From Octopus bimaculoides (taxonomy: Eukaryota), in assembly GCF_001194135.2 (NCBI RefSeq), contig NC_068983.1, positions 52,082,581 to 52,116,814 on the forward strand: a DNA stretch of 34,234 bases, written 5' to 3'. How positions within the stretch are numbered: position 1 is the first letter of the stretch; every line of letters starts with the position of its first letter. The notes under the pieces are model-generated. The model was not told the origin of the DNA, ran no database searches, and worked only from the letters and a program-made list of their open reading frames with translations. The position numbers and the translations under genes are program-made. Of the stretch, positions 21,610 through 33,233 are shown piece by piece.

Positions 21610-23165
21610 CTTCGTACTCTCTACTCTCTTTATTTTGGCACTACGACCACTACATAGAGGGGGACATTACAAGGAGAGACAATACACTACAAAACGTGGC
21701 GTACATAGAACGAATGATGAATAAAACGAATTACTTACAATAAATTGATGAAATGGCTTACGAGTCCCTCAAAACTCGCAGTTTCATTTAACTGTTCTCT
21801 TATACAGTTTATGATCTTTTTAATATCCAATAGTTATATGTGGCAACAGCTCTTCTGTCGTCAGTACGTTTAGCAGAGTATCGTACCCCACATACAGCCC
21901 ACTCACTGTAATATCCTGCGGATATATTTCTTTAAGTCTCTTCATTACATTCGCTTTCACTTGTTCATCAAACATTTCAGGATCCAATTTAATTCTTATT
22001 AATCCCTTTATTTTTGCAATCATCTTCTCCATCTCTATATCCTTTTTATAATAAATCAACGTTCTACAATTTTTCCTTTTCGGTCTTCCAGATGACAACG
22101 CTTCATACTGCTTCTCTTGAACTCTTCTCTGCCACTCTTCCCATTTCGCCTTTCTTTCTGATTCTTTTACATTTGCATGCTCTCATTCTCGGTTTCGACT
22201 CTCAGCTTCTTCTTTTACGGTTTCCCTTTCTTCCTCTGTCGTCTTTTTCCCTTTTATTTTTTGTGTTCTTTGGCGGTGATTCGGTCAGCATACGCTTTCT
22301 ATCCGTTGCTGTTTCTTCTACATTTTCCTCCTGTTCTACATTTCCTTCTTCCTCCTTTTTTTCACCTTCCACCACTGCTTCTTCACTGACCTCTGTCTCC
22401 TCTACCTGTACCTCTCTTCGGGGACACACGTCTATTTTGGGGGATATTCTCCCAAGTTTTATTCTTGCGGCTCTTCTACCGCAGTACACCGGCAAAAGCG
22501 CCCGCTTATCCGTTCTCAGAGGTACTGTGGAGTAATTCCTCGCTTTTGAAATGTACATTCACTGTACCATATTTTCCCTCCTGAGTAGAAAGTTATCACT
22601 TCCATAATTCCACTTAAACATTTCTCAATCTCGTCAGTCTCCGCTATATCAATTCTTTTTGTTGGTACATTTAACGTTTTGTACATTATTATTCGCTTCT
22701 CTGATTTTTCTATAGCCTTTTCTTTTTTTTTTTTTTTTTGGCGGACTAACCTGCAGGCAGTCTTCCTCCTTCTTCAAAAATTCGAAGTGTCTCCTTATCT
22801 TTTTCATTTTCACCATCACCTCCTTCATTTGTATATCGTCAGCCGGCCGGCTTTTGCCAGCCGCTGCCGCGTAACTAGTAAGCTGTATTACTAGGTATAC
22901 ACACAATTTCACAAATTTTCCAACAAAATAATAACACCACTGTCTTCCCCAAATTTTCAACAATGTAATAACAGCAGTAACTTCCACAAATTTTCAATAA
23001 CAATTTGCACATCAATATTCAATAACAATTCAACTTACAATATCTCCTCTCTCAAACACAACACGAACTCTTAACAGTTTGCTTCGTACTCTCACACTAT
23101 ACCGACCGACGTCACCTATTTTTAGGGACTTGCACATACCACTCGTCACATGGGTGGGGTACACA
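21610..23165 (-). mobile_element. Decayed retroelement-like segment with ORF1/gag-like pseudo-ORFs, no RT
   Basis: Three colinear minus ORF pieces (22987-22649, 22558-22202, 22098-21820) contain SYAAAAGK, a K-run and LLPVYCGRRAARIKLGRISPKID, reminiscent of L1/Tx1 ORF1 proteins. Codon-like purine bias. Family assignment is by recollection only. Confidence 0.4.
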
Positions 23166-23199
23166 ATTATAACTATTATGTCCGTAATATTATATGAAG

Positions 23200-23505
23200 G
23201 TGGAGGTGCAATGGCCCAGTGGTTAGGGTAGCGGACTCGCTGTCGGAGGATCGCGGTTTCGATTCCCAGACCGGGTGTTGTGTGCGTTTATTGAGCGAAA
23301 ACACTTAAAAGCTCCACAAGGTTCCGGCAGGTAGTGGTGGCGACCCCTGTTGTACTTTCTCTCACTTTTTCTTCCAGTTTCTTGTGTAAAGCTGCGATGG
23401 ACTGGCGTCCGGCCCACCTGGAGGGGGGGGCACATACTCCATAGAAACCGGGAAACCGGGCCCATAAGCCTGGCTAGGCTTTAAAAGGGTGCAAAAATAA
23501 ATAAA
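23200..23505 (+). mobile_element. tRNA-derived SINE (OR-type-like), full length
   Basis: Colinear with 4131-4410; A box TGGCCCAGTGG, B box GGTTTCGATTCC; AAAT tail. Confidence 0.85.
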
Positions 23506-25504
23506 ATAATATATCAAGTGTAAAAACATTTACAGAACACTAACACCCTTACACTGAGATAAATGTAAATCCTTTAAGGGAATTACTAGAATACTCATCA
23601 ACAGAGCCGATCTTAAATCCCTGTGAGTGAATATGACCTTATGTATATATACTACATAATCAAAGAAACATGATTAGGAGTTTCAATATTGCGGAATATC
23701 GACGATCTACAAATTCTATAAAATACTCATCCTGATATAACTCTAAATAGTTTGGCTGAGCATGAATTCATGTCTAAAGATTTATATATTCTTTAATATT
23801 TACAGACGCTGCACATTTTGGATATTTGTACAAATTCTTTCAAAGTGGCACAGTCTCACCTAAAATTTTAGTAACATGTTGGTATGCACTTAAAAAAAAA
23901 ATTATTGTGGTAACGTAATTCAGTAATTGACATATAAGGACATGAACCAGTTTCCGTCAGAAGAAATTACTAACAATTCGATTATTTGTAGTGTATTGTT
24001 TGAAGAATCGGAACACTGATTAACTGAATAGAAAATATCTTGAGTGGGAGGATTTAGAATAAGGAATTTCAATATTGTAACATCTTAGAAATGTTACAAT
24101 GCTTGCACAATAATAAACATATATAGGAGAGAACATAGTTATACACATAACGTGTGTAGCAGAGTATCTGGATTTGAAACTATTAGACGGTACCTAGTAG
24201 CAGAGATGATAGCAAAAGAATCAAGTCTAGTGAGAGAGGTGATACGAAACTATGGAAAGTTACTACGAATCTCACACATCAGGGACTATTCACATAGCGG
24301 ACTAATTTGTTTCATGACATACCGCTTTTGGAGAATTACCTGGTAAATGTTTCGTCGGAGAATATGACTCAGAATTTGAAACTGAAATTGTGTTTAGATC
24401 TGGAGCATAGAATCATCATCTTGTGGCCCGACAGAAGGTATTCGAATTGCACAGAAACTGTGATTTAATAAACGTGTCATATGTTTAGATCTCATTAGCT
24501 TTATAAGATTTACAATTAGGTATTCAGTTTACAACGTCTTCAAAATTTGTTGTTTTAAGAGCTGACGTTTACTTCGTCATGGTTATTTCCAAGAATAGAT
24601 CTAATGTCAAGAAAATGTGTTGTTTTCTTAGTGGAAAAAATCATTAATTAAGAAATGTTTGTTCATATAGAATTATATAATTTCATACGAAGAGTGTTTA
24701 TATTATATAACAAATGAAGGAATGTATCTCTGGCAATTAAGGTAAATTTAATACAATGTCTACAAATCTAACATACGCTTCAACTCAAAACTATTAAACA
24801 GAATAAGATCCATGGTAAATTAAATGAAATGTGCAAACTTTATATGTATGATATGATCGTGGTTTCATCTACTATGCTCATATATCTTGTATGCGTGAAC
24901 AAAGCAACATCTTAAAAACTACGAGTCATCATATCACAATCACTGTAACAAAGATAATTCTAATACTAATATTTCAGGCTGGTGTAAGATTATCTTTAAG
25001 TGCGCCCTTACATTTAGTACCGTCGTTAGTTGAGCGCTAGATTAGCTAAAAGTTTGGAGCACCAAGCATTTGAATACATTATGGTAAATCACTTCAGTTC
25101 CTAACGTTTTAATTTCAAACCTTGCAGATGTAAAATAAACGGAGTATTGTCATTGCAAACCAAAGACCAGTGACCTGAAATGATACATCGGATGAGATAA
25201 AGCTGGGGGCGTGTAGAAGGAAGGTATTTTTCATGCTAGACAGAAATGTTTTCCATGAAACCTATTTATCGCATTGGTCGAATGAGTTTTGATATTTCAT
25301 TGTCAGTTATACAGTTTCAGTGTAATTAAATTTCTTAGCAACACAATGGGCGCTCTCAAATTCAGTTGCAGATTGTGGGGAGGCACAATGTAGGCAAAAG
25401 AGAATTGAAATATTTTGTTAAATTCTTTCAGAGCCATTAATTTCATAAAAATGGGAACAATACAATACACCTGGATTCGGTTAACAACTGGTATATATAA
25501 TAGT

Positions 25505-25573
25505 GCACTGCTGGTGCCCCAACATGGTCCCAGCTTTATGGATGAAACGTGTAAAAGAATAAAAGCATAAAAG
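25505..25573 (+). mobile_element. SINE 3' tail fragment
   Basis: GGTGCCCCAACATGG..CAG..GAAACGTGTAAAAGAATAAAAG resembles the reverse complement of 14251-14305. Confidence 0.45.
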
Positions 25574-25580
25574 AAAAATG

Positions 25581-25585
<5 letters not shown>

Positions 25586-25623
<38 letters not shown>
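25586..25623. repeat. (TA)n microsatellite
   Basis: Perfect run. Confidence 0.95.
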
Positions 25624-25628
<5 letters not shown>

Positions 25629-26280
25629 ACAATGATAAAAAGAAAATGGATAGTTTAAAGTTAATTATGTTCATTTATCAACATAATAATAATAATAATA
25701 TATCTGTATATATATATGCCAATTTCCGTCCGTCTATTACCATCTTAGTATCTAAACCAGTGAAATTCAGGAAATTTTGCAGAGATGTTACATTAGCATT
25801 CAGTTCAATTATACGCTAATTGGATTTCAATAAAAATCTATAATGTGTGACCCAGGGGCGTTGGGCGAATTATATGATAAACGTAGAGGGTTGCAAAATG
25901 CATTAGTCTGAGGGAAAGGTAGTAACAGAGAGAGGGTAACTTATATAAGTGAAAGTGAAAACAGCGGTAGCAATAGGATGTGAACGTTACTACAGCTGTC
26001 ATATACACGCGACGCTGCAAACATACTTTCGTAAATAGACAGATACAACAAACACATACGCACACACAGGAAGTCAGGTGTGAAGAATACGTAGATTTAA
26101 GGAGAGAGGTGACAGGTGGCTTTTCTGTTGTCCATCGCAAAGAAACGCTTACACACACAGATAATTACATCTATATACATACATATGTACATATATATAT
26201 ATGTCTACTATATGCTTTTTAAAACTCGTGATTACTTGTGTGCGCGTTTGTAAATGTGTGCGTCTGTGCATGCATGCGTG

Positions 26281-26282
<2 letters not shown>

Positions 26283-26352
<70 letters not shown>
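26283..26352. repeat. (TG)n microsatellite
   Basis: Perfect run. Confidence 0.95.
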
Positions 26353-26354
<2 letters not shown>

Positions 26355-27183
26355 GTCCTATTACTGTCTGTCTCTACTTTTTTAGGGTCTTCCCTGTTGC
26401 TGTTACAAATTGCGAGATTTTAAATTACGTCAACAATTCCAATTTTGGTGTATTTAAATGATTTGCCATGTTAAAGCTGATTATGTTATTTGTTGCAGAA
26501 AGATGTTACTGAGGTTAGAATTTTAATCAATTTTACCTAATCAGAAAAGAGGATTTGGAATCTGACATTAAATGAAAGCAAAATCATTAAGAGGAGGAAC
26601 TTTTATTAAACAAACGAAAGCGAAGTATTACGACGACCAAAGTTGTTAGAACTTCTGAAGTTTTAATCAATAGTAATGTGAAACGGTTGAACAGATATGT
26701 AAATAATATAAAAAGGAGAAAAAAATTCTAAACGAAGTTTTTTAGCGAAGGGTTGCACAAATCTGTCCTGATTGCGAAGCCTATCTGTCGGGGAAGGCAT
26801 GCTCTCACATGGAAAAAAATCAAAATATATATAAGACATTCTATTGTAAAGCATGCCTGGCTAGTCCGTTTGTTATGTTAATAGATTAACATATCTCAGT
26901 TTAAATTCTCCACTTACCTTTCATTATTTTATATTGCATATATTTACCCATTTCTATTGGAGGAAATTGTTTCTACTATATTGGGTATAGAACAGTTAAC
27001 CAGTAAAAATTGGATGTCTTACATCCGTATCAGTGGACATTGTTTCCTTGTATTAAGCGTGAAATCCTCTTTCTATTCTTTCCTTTCCTGAGCGTCCAAT
27101 AACACAGTACTTCCTCGCGCTGTTATTTCTTCTTGCTTGTTATTGTTTGGATTTATGATATATATATATATATATATATGAAG

Positions 27184-27349
27184 GATCAAAGGAGTTTTAT
27201 TCAAATTCCGTGCTACACAAAGTTTTAAATCTCGTGGTGCTTATCATCGGGCAGTGGAAATTTGAATTTAAATTTCCACTGCGTGACGATAAGGTCCGCG
27301 AGCTTTGAAACTTTATGTGACACGAGATTTGAATCAAAGTATTTTGATC
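27184..27349. repeat. Degenerate palindrome, 80-bp arms (27184-27263 / 27270-27349)
   Basis: Gapless reverse-complement alignment with about 17 mismatches; perfect inner stem GCAGTGGAAATTT/AAATTTCCACTGC. Confidence 0.9.
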
Positions 27350-27539
27350 TATACATATAACTTCCAATAAATGTGTTTAATATACTTGTTTACTTGTAAA
27401 GACTTGTAGACACCAAAAAATTTCGTTATCCAACTATTATATACTATAGAGTTTATGAAATGTCTTTTATGAGTCAACAACATGTTGTACTGCGTTAGAA
27501 GTGGCTATATTTGTGTTCGGAGGAAAAAGTAGGTTACAT

Positions 27540-27586
27540 GAGTGCTGATGAAGGGTAAAATTCCCCGAAATATAGCATATATACTC
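27540..27586 (+). ncRNA. Complete type I hammerhead ribozyme motif
   Basis: GAGTG-CTGATGA-A-GGG-TAAAATTC-CCC-GAAA-TAT-AGC-ATA-TA-TACTC. Stem I GAGTG/TACTC, stem II GGG/CCC, stem III ATAT/ATAT, AUA triplet; all core nucleotides are canonical. Confidence 0.75.
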
Positions 27587-27744
27587 CTTAGACCTTTTTA
27601 TCTCCAATCTTATTGTCTACATCTGTCGTCTCTATACGATACGTTGTAGCAAAAAAAAAAAAAATCAGTGCTGGGTATAATTTCTGTAGATATAACCTTA
27701 AAAAAATCTTGTTTAAATTGTCCACTCACTCGTTTCTCCTTGTT

Positions 27745-27782
27745 TCTTTCTGTGGAGGAGCGTAGGCTCGAAACGTTAAAGA
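27745..27782 (+). ncRNA. Minimal type I hammerhead motif with non-canonical core (CUGUGGA, A6U)
   Basis: TCTTT-CTGTGGA-G-GAGC-GTAG-GCTC-GAAAC-GTT-AAAGA. Stem I is 5 bp, stem II is 4 bp, stem III is the palindrome AACGTT, and the triplet is GUU. Followed by ~95 nt and a (TA)n tract from 27872. Confidence 0.65.
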
Positions 27783-27871
27783 CTTTTTCACTTCCTGAGC
27801 GTTATATTAATACATCTATTTGGTCTCTACACCACCTAGCTTTATCTTTTGCTTTTTTTGTGAATTCTCCC

Positions 27872-27903
<32 letters not shown>

Positions 27904-28259
27904 TGATTCCCTGTTATATTTCTGTGATAGAATATGTCTTAAATTTTCTGCAGTATTTCTTCAGCTATGTTGGTAATTATTTCCAAATTCATGTTGAGTT
28001 GTTTGTTTCTTCTTCTGTATTTTTTTTTGTTTTGTTTCTCCTCCCGTTTTTTTGTCCTCTGTTTTTTTGTTGTTGTTGTTGTTTTTTTTTATACGCATTT
28101 CACTTCTCTAATCTCAGAGTTATTGAGCAGCTGCGCTATATCACAAAAACAATTAGAATAAATCGGTTGCAATCGGAACTGTTGTATGTTGTCTATTAAT
28201 AAAATAAGTAGATTTCTCGTGTTAAGTGGATTTCTCGTTATAGAATGATAAATATTGCC

Positions 28260-28690
28260 CCCAGCGCCTCTGACTTCGAACATAACATAACGTCCTTTGA
28301 AGCATGCTCTCAACTAAGCACCAAGTATGACCTTTGGTATAACAGTGAATGTATGTTTCAGATTTCAAGAGTGGAAGGCACTGACATTAGGCTTCTGGGA
28401 TATTATGAGATGCTATCGAGAATATTAAATGCATGTCTAGGAGGCATTTTGTACTTTGTGAGCCTAGTTCAGAGCTCTGGCCACGCAAATACAATCCTGT
28501 AAGGAACAACTGATGGTTGCAGAAAACCGGCTTGCCAAAGAAAAAGATGAGCTTGTAACATCAAAGAGTGGCCCGGCCTCAATTATGTCCACTCACAGAG
28601 TATAGTACAAGACCGAGAGAGCTGGAACAATTTGTTGCGACGTCTTCAACGAATTCCTGAATGATCACAGGGTCAGGGGATAGGATAGGA
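28260..28690 (+). mobile_element. RTE-clade LINE 3' fragment, pseudogenised
   Basis: ..QSSGHANTIL*GTTDGCRKPACQRKR*ACNIKEWPGL..VQDRESWNNLL matches the RTE C-terminal pattern (SSGLAKTILQGTV.G.R.RGRQ.KRW.DNIKEWTG..DR..W); (GATAG)-like tail. The 5' boundary is uncertain. Confidence 0.7.
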
Positions 28691-28938
28691 TTGAAATAGG
28701 TGAAACTGCCACAAGAGCAATTACCTTTCCATGTATGTATATACGCACTTTTCCATGTATGTATATTTCGCGTTTGAGGGTAGGAGATGAAAACCATTAC
28801 GGTAGAAACAATAATTAAACATTTACACATATGTCCAAACACATATATACATGCGTACATTCATATATACATACATGCATATACACAGATATTTACATAT
28901 ATACAAGCATACATACATACCTACTTACGTACATATAT

Positions 28939-28990
<52 letters not shown>

Positions 28991-30080
28991 CTGTGTGTTT
29001 GCTGTGTGAATGACAAAGATTTTAAAGAATGATTGGAGTAATATGGAGTTAGGTTCAGGATTGAACCGTGAGACTAACGCAACAAACTTGTAATGTTTCA
29101 TTATCTCAAACTGACACTTCTACTCAACTATTGCTGCAACAAATCTTTCCTTTCTTTTACTTATTTTTAATGGCTTATACATCTTTTATCCAGAATTGAT
29201 ATAAACCTGCATTATTCAAAACGTCTTCTTAGTCTCCGGAAGAAATTTAGTGAAGATTCGATGACAAATGCCAACGTTGTTTCAAAACAGACACACATTG
29301 ACGCTTACAGATTATAGATAATGAGAGAAATCTTTAAAGACATATATGAATTCATTTAATTTCAAACAAAGTTTAGCTGGTGGCAGTTTCTTATTTTACT
29401 ATATTTACGTTTCCACCTTCAATGAGTTCTTTTATTTATATGATTAATTCTTCTTAGAGAACGTATAAATATCAAAAAGACTTTAATGAAAATTATTTAG
29501 ACAGAGGAAGCAGACAGACACATTCAGTTAGAAGTATATTTAGTGATAAAATAAATAATGATGATGATGTCACGTTTCAAAAGTGACACATTTGGTTAAT
29601 ATTTGTTGACAGGTGTATTCACCTCTGAGGTTTGACTCGTTCATAAAAGTATGTAAATGTTTTGCGGCTGTCTTGACGGTTTAATAAAAAGAACATTTTA
29701 TGCGCACTTCTACAGTTATGTATGCAATCGATACTTCTCACTACAGCTATGTCACTATCTATCAACTGATAGCATAGACAAATACAACCGTTCCATTTAA
29801 GAGCAAATGAACAGCGAAATTGTTAAGCAACATCACAAGGCCTTCGATTAAATACAAGCACAAGTGAAAGAAGCTAGTGATAAGCAGATGACAGGTGATT
29901 CAATTGTCATATTCATCTTTATATATTTTATTCCGCTGAATATCACGGCTTTCTAATAGCTATTCCTTGGCATGTCATGTCAATACATATCATAAAATAC
30001 AATTATTGTATAGATCGGTATTAACAATTTTAGCCTCGGTGCACAAAATTGAAATTATCAGCCTAGACGAAAATTCAGAG

Positions 30081-30082
<2 letters not shown>

Positions 30083-30124
<42 letters not shown>
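30083..30124. repeat. (GT)n microsatellite
   Basis: Perfect run. Confidence 0.95.
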
Positions 30125-30126
<2 letters not shown>

Positions 30127-30660
30127 CCATATTTGTTTTGTTGTATATATGTTTCTGGTTCTATGTGTATTTATGGTGAATGTGTTTATGTGTTAACGTA
30201 TTTATAGGTATATCGATTGCCTATTGATTGCTTCTATCACAATTACGTATTGACGAACCTATGACTTGTAAATATAGTGTGTAGTATAAAATCTACAGAA
30301 AGAGACTGGTATTCAATTAGTTGCTCACAAAGGAGGGACAGCACCCATAAATTGTGCGAACCATCCCGGTTTTGTAAGGTAAACGTCAAATTATGAATGT
30401 GCAGATTAGTTGCGATATGTGTGCTGACTAGGTTTACCTAGATACAAGTACTCATATCATTTATTGAGAAATGCTAGATACAGCGTAGCTGCGATGCTGA
30501 TGAAGGGGATGTTTCTATGTGGCCTGCTTGTTTGTTGCACCTTGTTTACCATTTTGTCCATGTTCTTTTGCCACGTCATGTACCCAGTTATGTATCTATA
30601 TGTACATGCAGATGAACGTATATACATACACGTACATATATATGCATATACTCATACATT

Positions 30661-30663
<3 letters not shown>

Positions 30664-30721
<58 letters not shown>
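30664..30721. repeat. (TA)n microsatellite
   Basis: Perfect run. Confidence 0.95.
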
Positions 30722-30725
<4 letters not shown>

Positions 30726-30789
30726 CACATATGAGTGTGTAACTGTGAATGTGCAATGGTGTGTCTGTGAGTATGTGTATGTATAAAAG

Positions 30790-31047
30790 AATAAATAAAT
30801 GCGCCCTTTTAAAGCCTAGCCAGGCTCATGGGCCCGGTTTCCCGGTTTCAATGGCGTATGCGTTCCCCAGCGGGACGGGACGCCAGTCCATCGCAGCATT
30901 ATTCATTTTTGTCAGCTGAGTGGACTGGAGCAACGTGAAATGAAGTGTTTTGCTCAAGAACACAACGCTTTGCCCGATCCAGGAATCGACACCACAATCT
31001 TACGATCATAATGCTGACACCCTAACCACTAAACCACGCGCCTCCAC
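30790..31047 (-). mobile_element. tRNA-derived SINE with CORE-like segment (OR-type-like)
   Basis: Minus strand: GTGGAGGCGCGTGGTTTAGTGGTTAGGG..GTCGATTCCTGG..GTGTTCTTGAGCAAAACACTTCATTTC..GCCTGGCTAGGCTTTAAAAGGGCGC(ATTT)n. Confidence 0.85.
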
Positions 31048-31972
31048 ATGTGTACACATAGAAATGTGAAATAACTACCATCTTGAGTCCTTTCACAGTG
31101 TTATGTTATGATGGAGAAAGTGGAATACAAAGAATATAAAGTGTTGATAATGTGACAATTCTAATAGAAAATAGCTGTATGGGTCTATGTTTGTATAGTG
31201 ATGTTGGGTTGGATGAGGAATAAAATGGTTATATGTAGCAGAAATACCGTCCTATTTCGAGTAATCGCTGCGGGTGTGTCGCTCTTCAATCCTCAACAAA
31301 GATATTTACCACCTCATTGCCGATTGTGAGAGAATGTTTACTAGATAATACCTTCATAGAATGATGTTGTAGTTAAAACAATGTGGATTAGGGTAAATTA
31401 AAAATAGACAGTTACCAAAAATTTAGTTGAACATACTGGAACCGACTGATGAAAGTATGTTGAAGGAACCTAAGTATAAAAATATAAACAAAATAAGATG
31501 CAACCATCCGAAAATTGTTTGTTTGAGACCGCAATAAAAAGCCTGATAGAGAAGTCAGTTGGTCACGAGATGCCAATGTTAAGATTCACGTAGAATTACC
31601 TGTAGGGAAAAGATAACCAGTTTGTGAATTAATGGTAAGAAATCAGCAAATTCGCCACCCTAAGTGCATTCTCTTTTGACTTTTGTTCGAGATGAATATA
31701 TGACTGAACTGGGGTAGAGAAAATTTTTAACCCTACAATTTAGACTTTATAGTTCGCGAAATCTGAGATGATAAATTCTGCAACACGAACCAAACTTAAG
31801 AGTAACTGCGAGATTGCTTTGAGTGTCATGCAAAGAACGTTTCTTAGCTCTCTTTTTCGCTTTGTCTCTCTCTCGCTGTCTCTCTCCCTCCCTCTCTTTC
31901 TCTCTTGCCTTACCTGTCTGCTTCATCGCTTTTCTCTCTCTGTCTTTCAATCTCCCCCCACTCTCTCTGTTC

Positions 31973-32003
<31 letters not shown>

Positions 32004-33233
32004 CGTATGCACGTTTGGGAATAAATGTATTCATGAGGCTTACAGTTGCCATCTACTTAATTCAAGGCTGTTGTAGAAAGCAAAACCGGTAAGATCAATG
32101 TTTTACTTTGCTAACAAGATATTCGTACATGTTACCAAGTTAAGGATAAATATGATAGCTCTCAATACAATTAAGCGAAATTCTTTTTATTATCAAAGTT
32201 TTCTTTTCCATGAAAAAAAGGCACCAGTTTTTTTGTTGCTTGTTATGTATTATCTTTTCCTTTTGCTTTTAACAGCACTATGTTGGCCTTTCGTAGTTTC
32301 TGTATACATCAGTTACTGTAAACGTAAAGTGGAAATATCGTGTAGTTTTAAGTAATTCATGATAGCTTTTATTCTGATAAAGACACATGTATTTAAAAGA
32401 TGTTTCATTCATACTCTCAGGCGATCTGAATATTATGTGATTTTTATTTCATTTTTTTTTTCTATAAATCGAGACATGTTTTCGCTATATCTTATTCGTT
32501 TAAAATGTTTTACGCCTCTTAAAGTGTAATTTCACACAGCTAATTACATTTAAAATGGTTCTGTATACTTTTCATTATTTTGGAATGTACTGGAAACTAT
32601 TAAAATAGTTTTATTAATTGAGTTAATATTTTCTAATGATATATAAAATGTTTAAGATAACGTTAGTATAATTTTCGTTGCACAATATTTATCAATTTTA
32701 TAATTATTGTGTATATTAATTTAGATAAATGTGAATCAATATATATAGAGACATTACACTTTAAGCATTTTGGAATATTTTCTTTGAGTGTTTGTAGCAA
32801 ATTTCCATATGAAATAAAATATTTATTTAAATTTATCTCAAATGGTACTTTTGATGACGAACATTTTTCTTATAGCGCAGTAATTATCAATGGATATATT
32901 TTACATTTCCTTCTTAGAACAATATGTACAATACTGTTTAGGAATGGGACAATTTACGCAGTTATCCCGCAATTTTGTGTAACATTTGCCATATTTATGC
33001 GTGCGCGCGCGTATATATGCATAAACACATGCAACGGGTTTCCAGAAAGCTTCGTACGCATTTCGTTCTTACACAAGCCATGGTAAAGCCAGGTGTATAG
33101 AAAGTTCTTGGTCAAAACTAAGATACATAGAGTGTTTCCCAAACATCATGTGGGAATTGACCCAAAGTCTTCCCTGCACACACACACATACACATGCATA
33201 GTACATACATAGATGAATATATATATATATATA

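Noticed and set aside
24978-24983. 6-nt micro-exon (TTTCAG|GCTGGT|GTAAGA)
   Set aside because: The branch-like TACTAAT is too close to the AG, the pyrimidine tract is short, and such a match is expected by chance.
25725-25870. Helitron/DINE-like relic (TCCGTCCGTC..GAAATTTTGCAGAG..CCCA-GGGGCGT-TGGG hairpin)
   Set aside because: Only vague resemblance; no CTRR terminus after the hairpin.
30497-30530. CTGATGAAGGGG hammerhead-like start
   Set aside because: No downstream GAAA or UH, and no stem I partner.
31747-32092. ORFs rich in ER/LS repeats, and many YI/VC/HT-rich ORFs elsewhere
   Set aside because: Translations of (CT)n, (TA)n and (TG)n microsatellites.
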